The notes: a model not told the origin generated them from the letters alone. Shown: positions 25,171-42,499, counted from the first letter of the stretch. The stretch is DNA of 64,000 bases from the human T2T-CHM13v2.0 reference genome, Homo sapiens (GCF_009914755.1 NC_060940.1); one strand, 5' to 3'. Numbers and translations: made by a program.

Positions 25171-25519
25171 AGTGGGCCACCATGCGGATGTTTGGGATTT
25201 CCAACCAATAAGACGTCCAATATCAGTGGCCCTCCTCTGAAGCTGAATGCCCAGCATGGATTCTCCAGAGCCCCCAGTGATCACGAGAAAGTAGGTTTCT
25301 TACTGGACCTGAAGATACTAGGCCCAATGCACAGCTGCTTGATAAAAATGAGCTCATCCCTGCCTTCTCTATACTCGGCACTTTAAAAAATCTTCCTTTG
25401 CTGGTGATCATGATTGCTGAGGTGAGAAGTAAATGAAATGGTTTCCATTCATAAGGCTAGAATGGCAGAATGATGAGGGGGACAACTTAAAGACCAGAGG
25501 TAATGTTTAAAAAAAAATA

Positions 25520-27760
<2,241 letters not shown>

Positions 27761-28712
27761 TGGTGATTGATTCATCAAATGCCATCGAAACTCTGTCTAA
27801 CTCAGATATTATAAACAGACTTCTAGTTCTTTGATGAATTTCATGGCCCTATGTATCAGAAAACAATAATATTATCAAGCAGATATTTATTCTAGAAATG
27901 CAAGGACGGTTCAATAATAGTAAACAATCATTTCAAATGATATAGATATAATATTTTACAAATTTCATAGCCATTTATGGCAGAAAGTGTTAGAGAACCA
28001 GCAATAAAATGAAGTTTTTAAACCTAATACCAAATGGTTTCTAAAAACCGATGATAAAATTCATCAACTGTGAAATATTAGAAACATGGTTTTCAAAGTC
28101 AAAAAAACACAAATGTCCTATAATCACTTTTATTCCTTTGTCCCAGAAATAAAAATAAAAGACTATACATAAATTGCTTCTATAAATTGTAATTATAATT
28201 ACTTGTAATAATTATATACATATAATAATTAAAAATATAATTATTTGTAATTATACAAATTATATAATTCTCTAAAATTCATATGGGAAAGCAAAACTAT
28301 TAGATCTAAAAGGATAATTTAGAAAAATTCCTGAATACAGTTTCAAAATAAAAATATATAAATAACATTGCTACAAACCAGCACTCACCAATTAGAAAAT
28401 ACTATAGAAAAAGTTCAAGATACTTTACTGTTATCAAGGGATGAAATTATTAAAATGTGAAAGACTTGTGAATTATTAAAATGTGAAAAAATATAGTAAA
28501 AATCATTGAAAGACACTAATATTTATAAAGGGAAAGATATATTACATTTAGAAGGGAGAAAATTAATAACATTAAGAATTTAAGCCCCTCCAAATTAATA
28601 GGTAATTGTAATACAGTTACCATTAAAATCCCAACAGAATTTTTCATGGAAGCTGGCAAACAGGTCCTAAAATTTATACCAAGGGAGAAAGATTCCAGAA
28701 TGGCAAACAAAC

Positions 28713-28835
28713 TCCAGGCTCAGTGGTTCACACCTGTAGTCCCAACACTTTGGGAGGCCAAGGCAGGAGGACAGCTTGAGACCAGGAATCTGAGACCAGC
28801 CTGGCCAACATGGCAAAACCTCGTCTCTACCAAAA

Positions 28836-28875
<40 letters not shown>

Positions 28876-29040
28876 CAGCTGGGTGTGGTGGCACATTCCT
28901 ACAGCCCCAGCTACTTGGGTAGCTGACACAGAAGAATTGCTTGAACCTGGGAGGTGGAATTCCAGTGAGCAGAGACTGTGCCACTGCACTCCAGCGTGGG
29001 CAACAGAGCCAGACTCTGTATCAAAAAAAAACAAAAAAAT
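28713..29040 (+). mobile_element. Alu (J/old S) with a (CA)n expansion in the central linker
   Basis: Dimer; (CA)n at about 28839-28872. Confidence 0.92.
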
Positions 29041-29078
29041 AGTGAAGACAATTATGAAAAAGAATAAGAAGAGAAAAC

Positions 29079-29926
<848 letters not shown>

Positions 29927-29994
29927 AAGTACATCCCCATAAAATATAATACTTAATAGCAACTAAGAATGACCCAGGAATAGGTAGCCAAATA

Positions 29995-30265
29995 GGAATG
30001 GAATGGAGGTAGAATGAATGGAAGTGGAATGGAATGGCATGGCATGATATGGCATGGCATGGAAGTGGAATGGAATGGAAGTGGAATGAAATGGAAGTAG
30101 TATGAATGGGAGTGGAATAGAATGGAACGGAAGTGGAATGGAATGGAACAGAATGGAATGGAAGTAGAATGAAGGAAGAAGTAGAGTGGAATAGAATGGA
30201 AGTGGAGTGGAATGGCATGAAATCAGCTAGGACTGGGTAGGGCGAGATAGAACGACGTGGAATGA
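29995..30265. repeat. Degenerate (GGAAT)n pentamer array
   Basis: GGAAT/GGAAGT/GGCAT units seen directly. Confidence 0.9.
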
Positions 30266-30939
30266 AGAACCAAGAAACAGAGTCACATGAACACTTGATT
30301 TAAAAAGGATTTACATTACCAATGTATAAGGAAACTATGAACTATTTATTAAATGTGCTACCACAAATGATTTTCATATAGGAAGTAAAATTAGATTCTA
30401 ACTTTAAACCACAGAGAAATTAATTCTAGATTAAATAAATATATAAAACATAAAAATCAAAATCAAAACTTTTACAAGAAAGAAATATAAGAGAATATAG
30501 CTATGACTCAGTAATATGGAATTATTTCTCAAAAAAGCACCAATCAGATTGAGAAGTTAGGTAGAGCAAGATAGCCAAATAGAAGCCTCCACCAATCACA
30601 CCCTGCCACACACATACAGGAACACCAAATTTAACAATTATTAATATCTACACACACACATACACACGCAAACACACACACACTCACACACACACACCCC
30701 ACCTTCATAAGAACCAAAAATCAGCTATCAACTTGGCCATGGTTGGGTAGAGCACCAAGCAGGCCCTTGGAGTCCCCAGTTCCAGGACGTCGCTTTTGGA
30801 CAGCATTTCTGAACCTGCCCTCAGCCAGAGAGGAGCCCACTGCCCTGAAGGGTGACTCCTAGGCCTGGCAGCATTCAGCATAACCTAACAGAAGAGCTTT
30901 GGGGCCTTAAGGAAACATCAGCAGTAGCCTGGCAGTAGT

Positions 30940-33900
30940 TAACATATATGCACTCAACACCGGAGCACTCAGATATATATAAAGCAAATATTATTAAAGG
31001 TAAAGAAAGATATATGATATGATAATAGCTGAAGATTTCAACACCCATTGCACAGATCTTCCAGACACAAAAAAAATAGGACTTAGTCATCACTATAGAC
31101 CAAATGGACCTACTAGATATTTACAGAACATTAACTCCAACAACTTCAGAATACACATTCTTCTCCTCAGCACAGGGATCATTCTCAAGGATAGACCATA
31201 TGTTAGGTCACAAAACAAGTCTTAAAACATCCAAAAAAATTGAAATAATATCAAGCATCTTTTCTAACCACAATGGAATAAAACTAGAAATCAACAACAA
31301 GAGGAATTTTGGAAACTATACAAACATACGGAAATTAAACAATATACTCCTGAATGAGCAGTGGGTCAATGAAGACATTAAGAAGGAAATAGAAAAAATT
31401 TCTTGAAACAAATGATAATGGAAACCCAATATACCAAACTTATGGGATACATCAAAAGCTGCACTAGGAGGGAAGTTTATATCTATAAGCACCTATATCA
31501 AAAAAGAAGAAAAACTGTAAATAAAGGACCTAACAATGCATGTCAAAGAACTAGAAAAGCAAGGGCAAATCAAACACAAAATTATTAGAAGATAATAATT
31601 AACAAACACCAGAGCAGAAATAAATGAAATTGACACGAACAAAATAAAAAAGATCAACAAAACAAAAAGTTGGTTTTTTGAAAAGTTAAACAAAATGGAC
31701 AAATCCTTAACCAGACTAACAGAGAAAAAAATAAGGCCCAAATAAACAAAATCAGAGATGAAAAAGGAGACATTACAACCCATACCTCAGAAATTCAGAG
31801 GATCATTAATAGCTACTATGAGCACCTATATGCCAATAAGTTAGAAAATCTAGAAGAAATGAATAAATTCCTAGACGTATAAAACCTACCAAGATTAAAA
31901 CATGAATAAATCCCAAACCTGAGCAGCCTGACAAGTAATGAGATTGAATCCAAAAGAAAAAGCCTCCCAGCATAGAAAAGCCCAGGACACTAAGACTTCA
32001 CTGCTGAATTCTACCAAACATTTAAATAAGAACCAATATCAATCATACTCAAACTATTCTGAAAAACAGAGGAGGAGGGAATACTTCCAAATTTATTATA
32101 TGAGGCCAGTATTACCTTGATAGCAAAACCAAAGACACATGAAAACTACAGGCCAGTATCACTGATGAACACTGATGCAAAAATCGGCAACAAAATACTA
32201 GCAAACCAAATTCAACACATTAAAAAGATAATTCATCACGATCAAGTGATATTTACCCCTGGGATCCAAGGATGGTTCAACATGCGCAAATCAATCTATG
32301 CGATACATCATATCAACAGAATGAAGGACAAAAACCATATGATCATTTGGATTGATGCTGGAAAACATTTGATAAAATTCAACATCCCTTTATAATAAAA
32401 AAAACCATCAAAAAACAGTATAGAAAGAATATACCCTAACAAAAACCACATATGATAGACCCACAGCTAGTATCATATGGAATGGAGTAAAACTAAAAGC
32501 CTTTCCTCTGAGATCTGGAACACAAAAAGGATGCCCACTTTTACCATCATTCAACAAAGCACTGAAAATCCTAAAGCAATCAAGCAAAAGAAAGAAATAA
32601 AGGGCATCCAAAGTGTAAAGGAAGAAGTCAAATTATCCTTGTTTGCAGATGATATGACCCTATATTTGAGAAAACCTAAAGACTCCACCAAAAATCTGTT
32701 AGAACTGATCAACAAATTCAGCAAAGCTGCAGGATATAAAATCAGCATACGAAAAGCAGTAACATTTCTATAAGCCAATAGCGAACAATCTGAAAAAGCA
32801 GTCAAGAAAGTAATCCCATTTACAATAGCTACAAATAAAATTAAATACCTAGGAATTAAACAAAGAGGAGAAAGATCTCTACAATGAAAATTACAAAATA
32901 TTGATGCAAGAAGTTGAAGAGGACACCAAAAAAATAATGGAAAGATATTCCACGTTCATGGTTTAGAAAAGTCAACATTGTTAAGATATCCATACTACCC
33001 AAAGCAATCCACATATTCAATGCAATCTCTATCAAAACATCAATAACATTCTTCACAGAAATAGGAAAAACAATCCTAAAATGTATGTGGAACCACAAAA
33101 GACCCAGAATACCCAAAGCTATCCTAAGGGAAAAGAACATAACTGGAGGAATCACATTATCTGACTTCAAATTATACTAGAGCTATAGTAATCAAAAGAG
33201 CAGGGTACTGGCATAAAAACACAGACCAATGGAACAGAATAGAGAACGCAGAAACAAATCCATACATGTAAAGTGAACTCATTTTCAACAGAAGTGCCAA
33301 AAACGTACATTGGGGAAAGGACAGTCTCTTCAGTAAATGGTGCTGGGGAAGCTGAATATTCATATACAAAAGAATAAAACTAGACCCCTATCTCTCGCCA
33401 TATAAAAAAATCAAATCAGAATGGACTAAAGACTTAAATGTAAGACCTCAAACTAAGAAACTACTATAAGAAAACATTGGGGAAACTCTCTAGGACATTT
33501 TACTGGGCAAAGATTTTCTCGAGTAACATCCCACAAGCACAAGCAACAAAGCAAAAATGAACAAATGAGATCACGTCAAGTTAAAAAGCTTTTGCACAGC
33601 AAAGGATACAATCAACAGAGTGAAGAGACAACTAACATAATGGGAGAAAGTATTTGCAAACTTCCCAACTGACAAGAGATTAATAACCAGAATATGTAAG
33701 GAGCTCAAACAACTCTATAGGAAAATAAATCCAATAATCTGATTTTAAAATGGGCAAAAGATCCGAATAGACATTTCTCAAAAGAAGATAAACAAATGGT
33801 AAACCGATCTATGAAAAGGTGCTCAGCATCACGATCATCAGAGAAATGCAAATCAAAACTACAATGAGATATCATTTCACCCATGTAAAATACGCGTTTA

Positions 33901-34000
33901 TCCAAAAGACAGGCAATGATAAATGCTGGTGAGATTATGAAGAAAAAAGAACCCTTGTATACTGTTGGTGGGAATGTAAATTAGTACAACTACTATGGAG
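30940..34000 (+). pseudogene. Disrupted LINE-1 ORF2 (endonuclease/reverse transcriptase)
   Basis: ORF pieces DIYRTL...YTFFSSAQGSFSRIDHMLGHK (EN), [15 protein letters not shown] (RT) and [10 protein letters not shown] (RT catalytic motif), broken by stops and frameshifts. Confidence 0.92.
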
Positions 34001-34032
34001 AAGCACAGCAGGGTGATGAAAGTCAATAATAA

Positions 34033-34350
<318 letters not shown>

Positions 34351-34909
34351 AATTGTACATTTTAAAATAACTAAAAGAGTACCATTGAATTGTTTGTAAC
34401 ACAAAACATAAATGCTTGAGGGAACGGACACCCCATTTACCCTGATGTGATATGTGTTATGTACCGCATGCCTATATCAAAATATCTCCTGTACCCCATA
34501 AATACATGCATCTACTAGTACCCACAAACATTAAAAATTAGGATTTTTTTAAAATGCACCAAATCATAAAGAAATTGTGAATTTTGACTACAATCCAGTT
34601 TCTAGTTTCTATATAACTAAAGACATGATAAAATTTTGAAAGATCAGCCACAGAGTTAGAGAAACCATTTAACTGATTAGTTATCAGTTTAACTGGTTAG
34701 TATCAGAATCTATAAACGATGTTTAATATTCAATAAGGAAGAGACAAATAATGCAATAGAAAAATTAGCAAAAGCTACATGCATTTAATTCATAGAAAAG
34801 GACATACAAATGATCAAGAAACATAAAATGTTCCTTAACCTTTTTATTTATCAAGGAGATGTCATTGAAACAACTCTAACATACCATTTCACATCCCAAA
34901 GGTGTGCAT

Positions 34910-35560
<651 letters not shown>

Positions 35561-35561
35561 T

Positions 35562-35724
35562 AGGCACTTTTTTTAAAGTGACAATGCGAAATGTTGGAGG
35601 GACCAACATACACTACTGATGGATGTGCATTTCGGCAATTTGACAGCATCTAATAATACTAAAAATACAGAAGCCTTGCCAATCAGTAACTCTACTTCTC
35701 TAATGTATGTGCTATAGTTGAAAT
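35562..35724 (+). repeat. Donor arm of a local inverted duplication
   Basis: About 85% identical to the reverse complement of 36635-36795. Confidence 0.9.
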
Positions 35725-36539
35725 GCTCACACACATACACAAGAAGAAATTCACAAATGTATTAGAGTTTTGAGAGATCAAAATAAATAGATACATAAAG
35801 GAAACACATACATGTTCATCAGGAGAGGAAAAGACAAAATATGTCATATTCAAATAATGAAAAATTCAACACCTAAAATGAAAGAACTTAATTTACATGT
35901 ATGTTGATTTATAAAAGCAAGTTGCAGGACAGCACTACATAATATGCCACTAACGCATTTTATGCAATGTTATCTATCCGTACATGCCCATGAAGTCAAT
36001 GTGTACAATTATGGAAGTGAAGGATACTCATCAAGACATTCATTTTCTCTGAGGAGGTGGGAAGGGAAATAGGTAGGGCCAGTAAGGGGTATGAAGGAGG
36101 CTTCAATGATATCTATCTACCATATTTTATGTCATAATAATTACAAAAATGAAAATCCAAAGCAAAATGTCAAAATGTTAAACTTTGTTATTTCTAATTA
36201 ACCATCGGAAGTATTTGTTATATTACTTTTATGGTGAACTCATTTATATTAAATATGCTAAGTGCTTAATTAATTCAGCTATTGGACTATCAGTGGCAAG
36301 TTTAAGAAACTCAACTCAGCCAGGTTAGACAAAAAGGGAATGCACTGACTCACAGAACCCAAAGAAAGATCGAAAGACCAAACCGTGAGTAGGACCGATT
36401 TGGAGTAGATCTTAGAAATGAATTTGAACCAAGACTCTGGACTGCCACTTGGACTCTCTCACCAACGTCGGTGTCCGTGCCTTTCTGCGTAAAATAAGAC
36501 TACCCTAATCCCACAACTTCAACTGCTGTTGCTGCTGCT

Positions 36540-36910
36540 GATACTACTAGCAGCAATGAGCATTGACATAGTCCTCATGGTGTGCACATCAAGAATCTAA
36601 GCACTTTGCGTTTATTGACTAATTGAATCCTCTGATTTCACTGCAGCACATACCTTAGAGAAGTAGAGTTACTGATCGGCAAGGGTTGTGCATCTTTAAT
36701 ATTATTAGATGCTGTCAAATTGCCAAAATACACATCTATCAGGAGTGTATGAGTGGTACCTCCAACATTTGGTATTGTGACTTAAAAAAGTGCCTCTAAA
36801 CAATACCATCTTATGGATAAAGAAACTGAGGCACAGAGAAGTGAAATTACCTGTACAACTCCTACAGCTGGGGATGAAACCTAGGCAGGTGTATTTATTC
36901 CTGATCACTA
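36540..36910 (-). mobile_element. MIR interrupted by a templated insertion
   Basis: CTAAGCACTTTGC...TTGAATCCTC | insert | AAGAAACTGAGGCACAGAGAAGTGAA. Confidence 0.75.
36635..36795 (-). repeat. Inverted copy of 35562-35724
   Basis: For example ATTATTAGATGCTGTCAAATTGCC is the reverse complement of GGCAATTTGACAGCATCTAATAAT. Confidence 0.9.
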
Positions 36911-37659
36911 GAAATTGACTTTCACCACCTTGAATAACTCTGAGTATTGAGTATTTCAAATATTTTTGTTTTTCTCATACTTTCTGCCACTGAAGAAAGA
37001 CAGCTGATCTTTCTGGCCTCCGGTTTAAAAATCCAAGGGGAAGGCTGTGATTAACCTGTCTGGGGTCAGGTGCTCTTCCTGGATCTATCATCTGTGGCCT
37101 GAGAGTGGTAGGATGGGGCCGAGGTAGCAGTATTAGGGCATGGAACAAAACAGAAGTTTCTATGGAATTCATAAAGTTAGAGCAAGGAAAGAAGTTACCA
37201 GGAAAAATAAAGACTCAGTTTCCTAAGGGGTTGGGGGAAAGTGAGGATGAGGGGCTGGGTAGACAAATAATAGATGCCCTATACATTTTAACATGACATT
37301 AAACATGGTGTCTGTTTTTTATCCCTTTGTTTTATTTAAAATACAAACAATGAGCATGTCTTGTTTTGTAAGTTTAAAAAAATTCAGAAAGCTTTTCAGC
37401 GTTCTTTCAGTGGCTGCCTCTCCTCTGAATTCTTCTCCCTTGCTCACTCCCTCCCCACTGGAAACAGACCCTGGCACATTGTGTTGGTGTATGAATGGAG
37501 TCAATGTCTCCCACACCATGCCTGAATTCCTCCTGAAAAGTTGAAAATGTTCTTTGTAAACATTCCAGCGTGAAGAAACTAGGAAAGTTACTTAAAGGTC
37601 ATGCTCACATGTTGTTTTAAGTGATTAATTAAATGTTTTCATTTTATATTTTGGAATCA

Positions 37660-37830
37660 GGGTCAGAGAATTAGAAAGAAACCATGTGTTATAGCCACAC
37701 AGACTTCGGTTCAAATCTTGGCTCTAGTGCTAACGGAAATCATTTTGAACATTTTTTCTTAATCTTCCTTATCTCAGATTCACCATTTTTTAAAATAGGG
37801 AAAATAAGAACAGCCTCATAGGATTGGGGG
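37660..37830 (+). mobile_element. MIR
   Basis: GGTTCAAATCTTGGCTCT...TAAAATAGGGAAAATAA...CCTCATAGGATTG. Confidence 0.6.
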
Positions 37831-38399
37831 GAAGAGGGTTGAGTCTGCAATGAGTTTGATGAGTTTGTCCAGGTGGTAAGGTGATCATAGATTTGTGGGA
37901 GAATTTGTTAGTTTCCTAGAAGAGCGTCAGTGATCTTCCAGAAATCTGTAATTAGAGATGCATTTCTAGGCTGTTTTTCCTTTATTCAAGGGGAGATCAA
38001 TCCCCTCGGGTACATTCTCTGACAGTCCTGTTCTAGGGAGTACTGCCCCTGGAGAAGAACCCTCTCATTGTGTCTTCACTTAGCATTCTTGCCAGAGGAC
38101 ACATATGTTTCATCCTATGTTTCTGCTGAAGGATGTTCTCCAGCTTGTCTAAAACTGGGGCCCAACAAAGAGCCTCCTTTTGTCTTTCTCAACTAAGAGT
38201 CAACCTAAAGGGCATTAATAATAAGCTGTCTTGCACACTTTCTTTCTCCTCTATCAGAGAGACAGACCAGATAGAAACCTGCCTCTTAAGAGAGTATTCA
38301 GGAAAAGCATATTATTGCTGGAGTCCTGTATGTATGAACTGTTCAACCTGTGGTGGACAAGGAGAAAAGACAGAAGGGCATCTGTAGGAGGGAAACAGA

Positions 38400-38840
38400 T
38401 CCCAAACTAGAAGAATCTGGATCAGCTAGAAAGGCAAGATGAGAACACAAGTGGAATGCTTGACTCATCTGCAGGGGACATTCACCTTTCAGGCATAGGG
38501 AGCAACAGTTCATGTCAAAGACTTAGCAGAAGTTCATGACTGGATTTAACCCTCAAGCTGAGTTCTGGGGCAATCCCTCCAGTATGTGGAGGGCCAGTGA
38601 GAGTGAAGAAAGGTGAGATGTAGAAGGTGATGCAGGCATGGAGGTGATGGGATTCAAGGAGTGCTGGTGAGGAAAAAGGGAAGGGAACCAGCCCAAGGGA
38701 TACTTAGGAGGCTGAATCTGTAGGGCTTGGGGATTGTTTGGACCTATGAGATGAAGAAGAGGAACATGTCAAGAATGAGTCTCAGTTACAGGATGGAGTG
38801 TTGAGTTAGCTACAGTTCCATTTGTTGGAAAGGGCGTCTG
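38400..38840 (-). mobile_element. L2 fragment
   Basis: GATACTTAGGAGGCTGAATCTGTAGGGCTTGGGGATTG...GTCAAGAATGA. Confidence 0.5.
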
Positions 38841-39859
38841 GACATAGTAACAAGTTTCAGGGAGTGCAAAGCCCCAGGGATGGTTCTGAACACTGAAAGC
38901 AAGCATTCCTACCCTCATGGCCAGGACACTTCCACAATAAATTATAAACTGACCCTCATCTGTAGATAATCTCTTGTAAATTTGGTTAGCATAAAACATT
39001 CATACAAACTTCAGGGAAATTCATAAAATTAGATTGGAGAAGGAAATTGCTGCAATTATAGAAACCTTATTCTTGTGCTTCCCTCGTTCTGGATTTGACA
39101 CAGCTGCCAGCACCTCTCTCTCCATCTCTCTAATTTCAACAGGGAGTTCAGAGTTTAAGTCCCATAAATTACCAATTACCACAAGAGAGGTAGAAATAAG
39201 ATGCTGAGGGAATTCAAAGAAGGCACAAGTTGTCTACATCTGGGATATGGGGGGATATGAGACAGACAAGCAGGAAAGCAGGACTTGATGCAGAGAAGAG
39301 TGGCATCTACTTAATTACAGAAGAAGGCTGTAGACGTTATCCGAGGATGGCTGGAAACTTTGAAGTATTAATAAAAAAGTAACAGAGTTGAAGCACACAG
39401 TACCTGGCAAACAATAAGCACTCATTCAATGAGTCTCTGACCTGGATCTCAATCTTAGCTTAGCATCTTCTCAGTCATGGGGCTCTCCTTCACTCACATC
39501 CACACCTGAACTTTCAGACTATAGTCTCGTGGCTAACAAGGTCATATTTTCTCAGTAGTGACTGCGATTTATCTTCTATTGTCGTCCATTTTTCTTTTGA
39601 ATCCAGTAGCTCTTATTTGGAGAAGAAGGAATTAAGAGACCAGTATGCATTGGGAGGAAAGTCTAAAGTTGCTGGTATTGCATCCAGAAAAGGAGTGAGA
39701 AGAGTGGACTAAAAACAGTCCACAAAAAACAGAAGAGAATCTACACCATTTGTGGCCTGTTCAGTTTCCTCCCAAAGAAAATCTCCCTGGCAGTATCTGG
39801 GAGACACTCAGTAAATTATGTTAAATGAGTGAGTAAGGAAATGAATTAATATCCAATCA

Positions 39860-40075
39860 TTATAATAATAGCTAATATTTGTAAAGGACTTATCTTGTTA
39901 CAGTCACGGTACACAATGATTTACATTCATCTCTTCCTCTTCTGTTTTCCTCTTTTTATTCATTGTTGGTTAGGTAATTTTCCTAATATCACAGAACTAG
40001 TGAGAGATGAAATCAGGACACAAACTCATAATTGCAGTTATTTCAGTGTCACACTAATGCTGTTGCTATATTACA
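39860..40075 (-). mobile_element. MIR (unit 1 flank)
   Basis: AATAATAGCTAATATTTG...CCTAATATCACAGAACTAGT. Confidence 0.6.
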
Positions 40076-40104
40076 TTTTAGATCAAATAGTCATTGGATA
40101 TAGG

Positions 40105-40314
40105 CATGTTTTCATTTCTAAACTCAGAGCAACAGCAACTCTCATCCACAATGAGTATTGAAACATATTCATATTTGACACATACTGGGACGTAAAGTCA
40201 CTATAAAAAAATCCCCAAGCTAACAAGCTGGCATTTGACCCCAGCTCTGCTAAGATCAAGTGAGGTCTTAATGTAAGACTGAAGAACAGCTGAGTATATC
40301 TTTTTATTCCCTTA
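40105..40314 (+). repeat. Duplicated unique block A, copy 1
   Basis: 16 differences over 210 bp versus 42001-42209. Confidence 0.95.
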
Positions 40315-40650
40315 TCCAACAAATGTTTATTGACAACCTCTTATGTGCCATTCATACGTTAGATATTGGGGATAGAATGGTGAATCAGACAGGCATAGCC
40401 CCCTTCATGAATCTTAAAGTGGAGGAAACAAAACAAATAGGCAATGAAACACTACACACATCTATAAATAATTATTTCAGCAATTGATAGCTGTTATAGG
40501 AGTAAAACACAGGTAGAATGAGAGAGAATGGGCAGGTAGAGAGGGCTACTTTTGATAGGGTGGTTGGGAAAGGCATCTCTGAAGAGGTAATGTTTAAGCC
40601 AAGACCTGAAAGTTAAGAAGGTTGTCATGGTTAAAAATATCCAGAGGAAA
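40315..40650 (-). mobile_element. L2 (unit 1 flank)
   Basis: CAACAAATGTTTATTGA...TATGTGCCA; GGGAAAGGCATCTCTGAAGAGGTAATGTTTAAGC. Confidence 0.75.
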
Positions 40651-40815
40651 AGGGTTTTTTTTTACATCCCTATAAGAAAAACAACAAAATAGTAAGCGTT
40701 TCCATGATAATCCTTAATTTTCGAAGCATTTCTGGATGCATTCTTTCACTTTTTCTGATTGGGAAAAGCCTATGGAAATCATTCCATTTTTGGGTCCTTT
40801 CCATAGATGGACTCA

Positions 40816-41070
40816 AGTTATTTGTTCACTTTCCCTATCGCTATTTTGTTAGTATGTTGGTTAATAATTGTAGGTCATCAATAAGGCTAGCTTAAAGGTC
40901 AACCAACTCTGAGAGACAGAAAATCCTCCAATTAGTTAAGAATCAGTGAAGAGTGATGCTTGGAGCCAGGGTGAAGAGTATCAAAGAAATCAAAGGGAAA
41001 GTTTCCCTGACCATTGTCCAAAAAGCAACCAATTGCTCTTTAGGGAAAGCCACAGTTGGCCTGCCTAATG
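40816..41070 (+). repeat. Duplicated unique block B, copy 1 (enhancer-like)
   Basis: Core 40894-41070 has about 30 differences over 177 bp versus 46066-46241. Confidence 0.92.
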
Positions 41071-41629
41071 AGCCTTGAAACTTTGAGCAAACAAATTCAG
41101 AGTCCACATTAGAGGCAAACAGAGGGCAAAGAGAGGGGATCATTAAACACACTGATTGGATGTGACCCTCTCCCCACTTGTGGAGTTTAGCCACCCTGGT
41201 GAGCCTTCATGGGTGAGACAGAGTAAGCATGGACTGGGCCACACCATCTCCTAAAGGAGACCTGCCCAAACCCCCCTTCCTGTTATTTTTCCATTAAGTT
41301 TCTGGCTGCCTCATCTTTTATTCCACATTGCACAGCCAGAACAGTTTCACTAAGAAGACTCAGAGATCACCAGGGTATGCAGTGTGGACGATCACTATAA
41401 ACAGAGCAGTCATTGCTAATCCATCGCAACACGCTTTTCTCTGAGCCTGCAAGCAGCCTCAGTGTTCCTCTCAACACAAATCTACAGGCAGCTACTATCA
41501 CTCAATAAGAATCAGAACACAATAAGAAATCTATGTGTCATTTCTGCATTCTAAACCATTTTAATATCACCATCACTAATATTGAATCACCACATGGCTC
41601 TCTATACGGATAGATACACTTGAGATTAG

Positions 41630-41890
41630 CTACTATAGTAGTAATTGCCACTAAATGAGCACCTACTATGCACTTAGAGAGCTTTTAAGTTCTCTACAGA
41701 TTCTACTAACCCATTTTCATTGCAACCCCATGAAGTAAGACATAATGTTAGCCCCATTTTACAAATAAGGGAACAACAGGCTCAAAGAGGTCATGTAACT
41801 TGCAAAGATGTGGATCTCTGTGACTGAGCCAGAACATAAATCGAGACATATGCTGATTCCAAACTTGGGGCACTTTAGAGCACACCATAT
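41630..41890 (-). mobile_element. MIR (unit 2 flank)
   Basis: GAGCACCTACTATG...CCCCATTTTACAAATAAGGGAAC...GGCTCAAAGAGG. Confidence 0.75.
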
Positions 41891-42000
41891 CATGATTAAT
41901 TTTTTTGAGATACCAATATGGGGCACTTAAAGAATAAAAATTTCACCACTTTCTACTAAACCCAGAGCATATCCCTATCAATAACTAGCCTTCTATTACA

Positions 42001-42209
42001 CATGTTCTCATTTCTAAACTCAGAGCAACAGCAACAAGATCCACAATGAGTATTGAAACATATTCTTATTTGACATATCCTGGGAAGTAAAATCACTATT
42101 AAAAAATCCCCAAGCTAACAAGCTGGCATTTGACCCCAAGTCTGCTAAGATCAAGCGAGATCTTAATATAAGACTGAAGAACAGCTGAGTATATCTTTTT
42201 ATTCCCTTA
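42001..42209 (+). repeat. Duplicated unique block A, copy 2
   Basis: About 92% identical to 40105-40314. Confidence 0.95.
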
Positions 42210-42480
42210 CTCAAACAACAAATGGTTCCTGGCTGCTCACTATGTACTAAGTCCCGTACTGAGCAGCGGTGCTACAGTGATGAACAATATCCCACATATT
42301 CCACATAGTTGGAGCTTCCAAACTAATAGAGGATACAGACATTAAATAAACAAGTAGATGGAAGATCACCTATTTATTTTCATCAGCTCTAAGAGCCCTG
42401 AAAAATTAAAACAATGGTCAGTTCAATTTTGAATGTGGGTAGAGTGAGGTCAGAAAAATCTTTACATGGCCTGAAAGGAT
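42210..42480 (-). mobile_element. L2 (unit 2 flank)
   Basis: CAACAAATG...CTCACTATGT...ACAGTGATGAACAA...GGAGCTT...ACAGACATTAAATAA. Confidence 0.6.
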
Positions 42481-42499
42481 AGGTCTCAAAGAGAAGCAA

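Larger units (their letters stand above)
36275..37285 (-). mobile_element. MLT1K-like LTR with a MIR inside it
   Basis: GTGGCAAG...AGAAACTCAACTCA...AAAAAGGGAAT; GGGTCAGGTGCTCTTCCTGGA...CTGTGGCC; AGATGCCCTATACA end. Confidence 0.5.

Noticed and set aside
40083-42214. Paralogous minus-strand ORFs over block A (79 aa and 64 aa)
   Set aside because: Non-ATG starts, mostly non-synonymous differences and a frameshift between copies; the shared frame follows from 92% DNA identity
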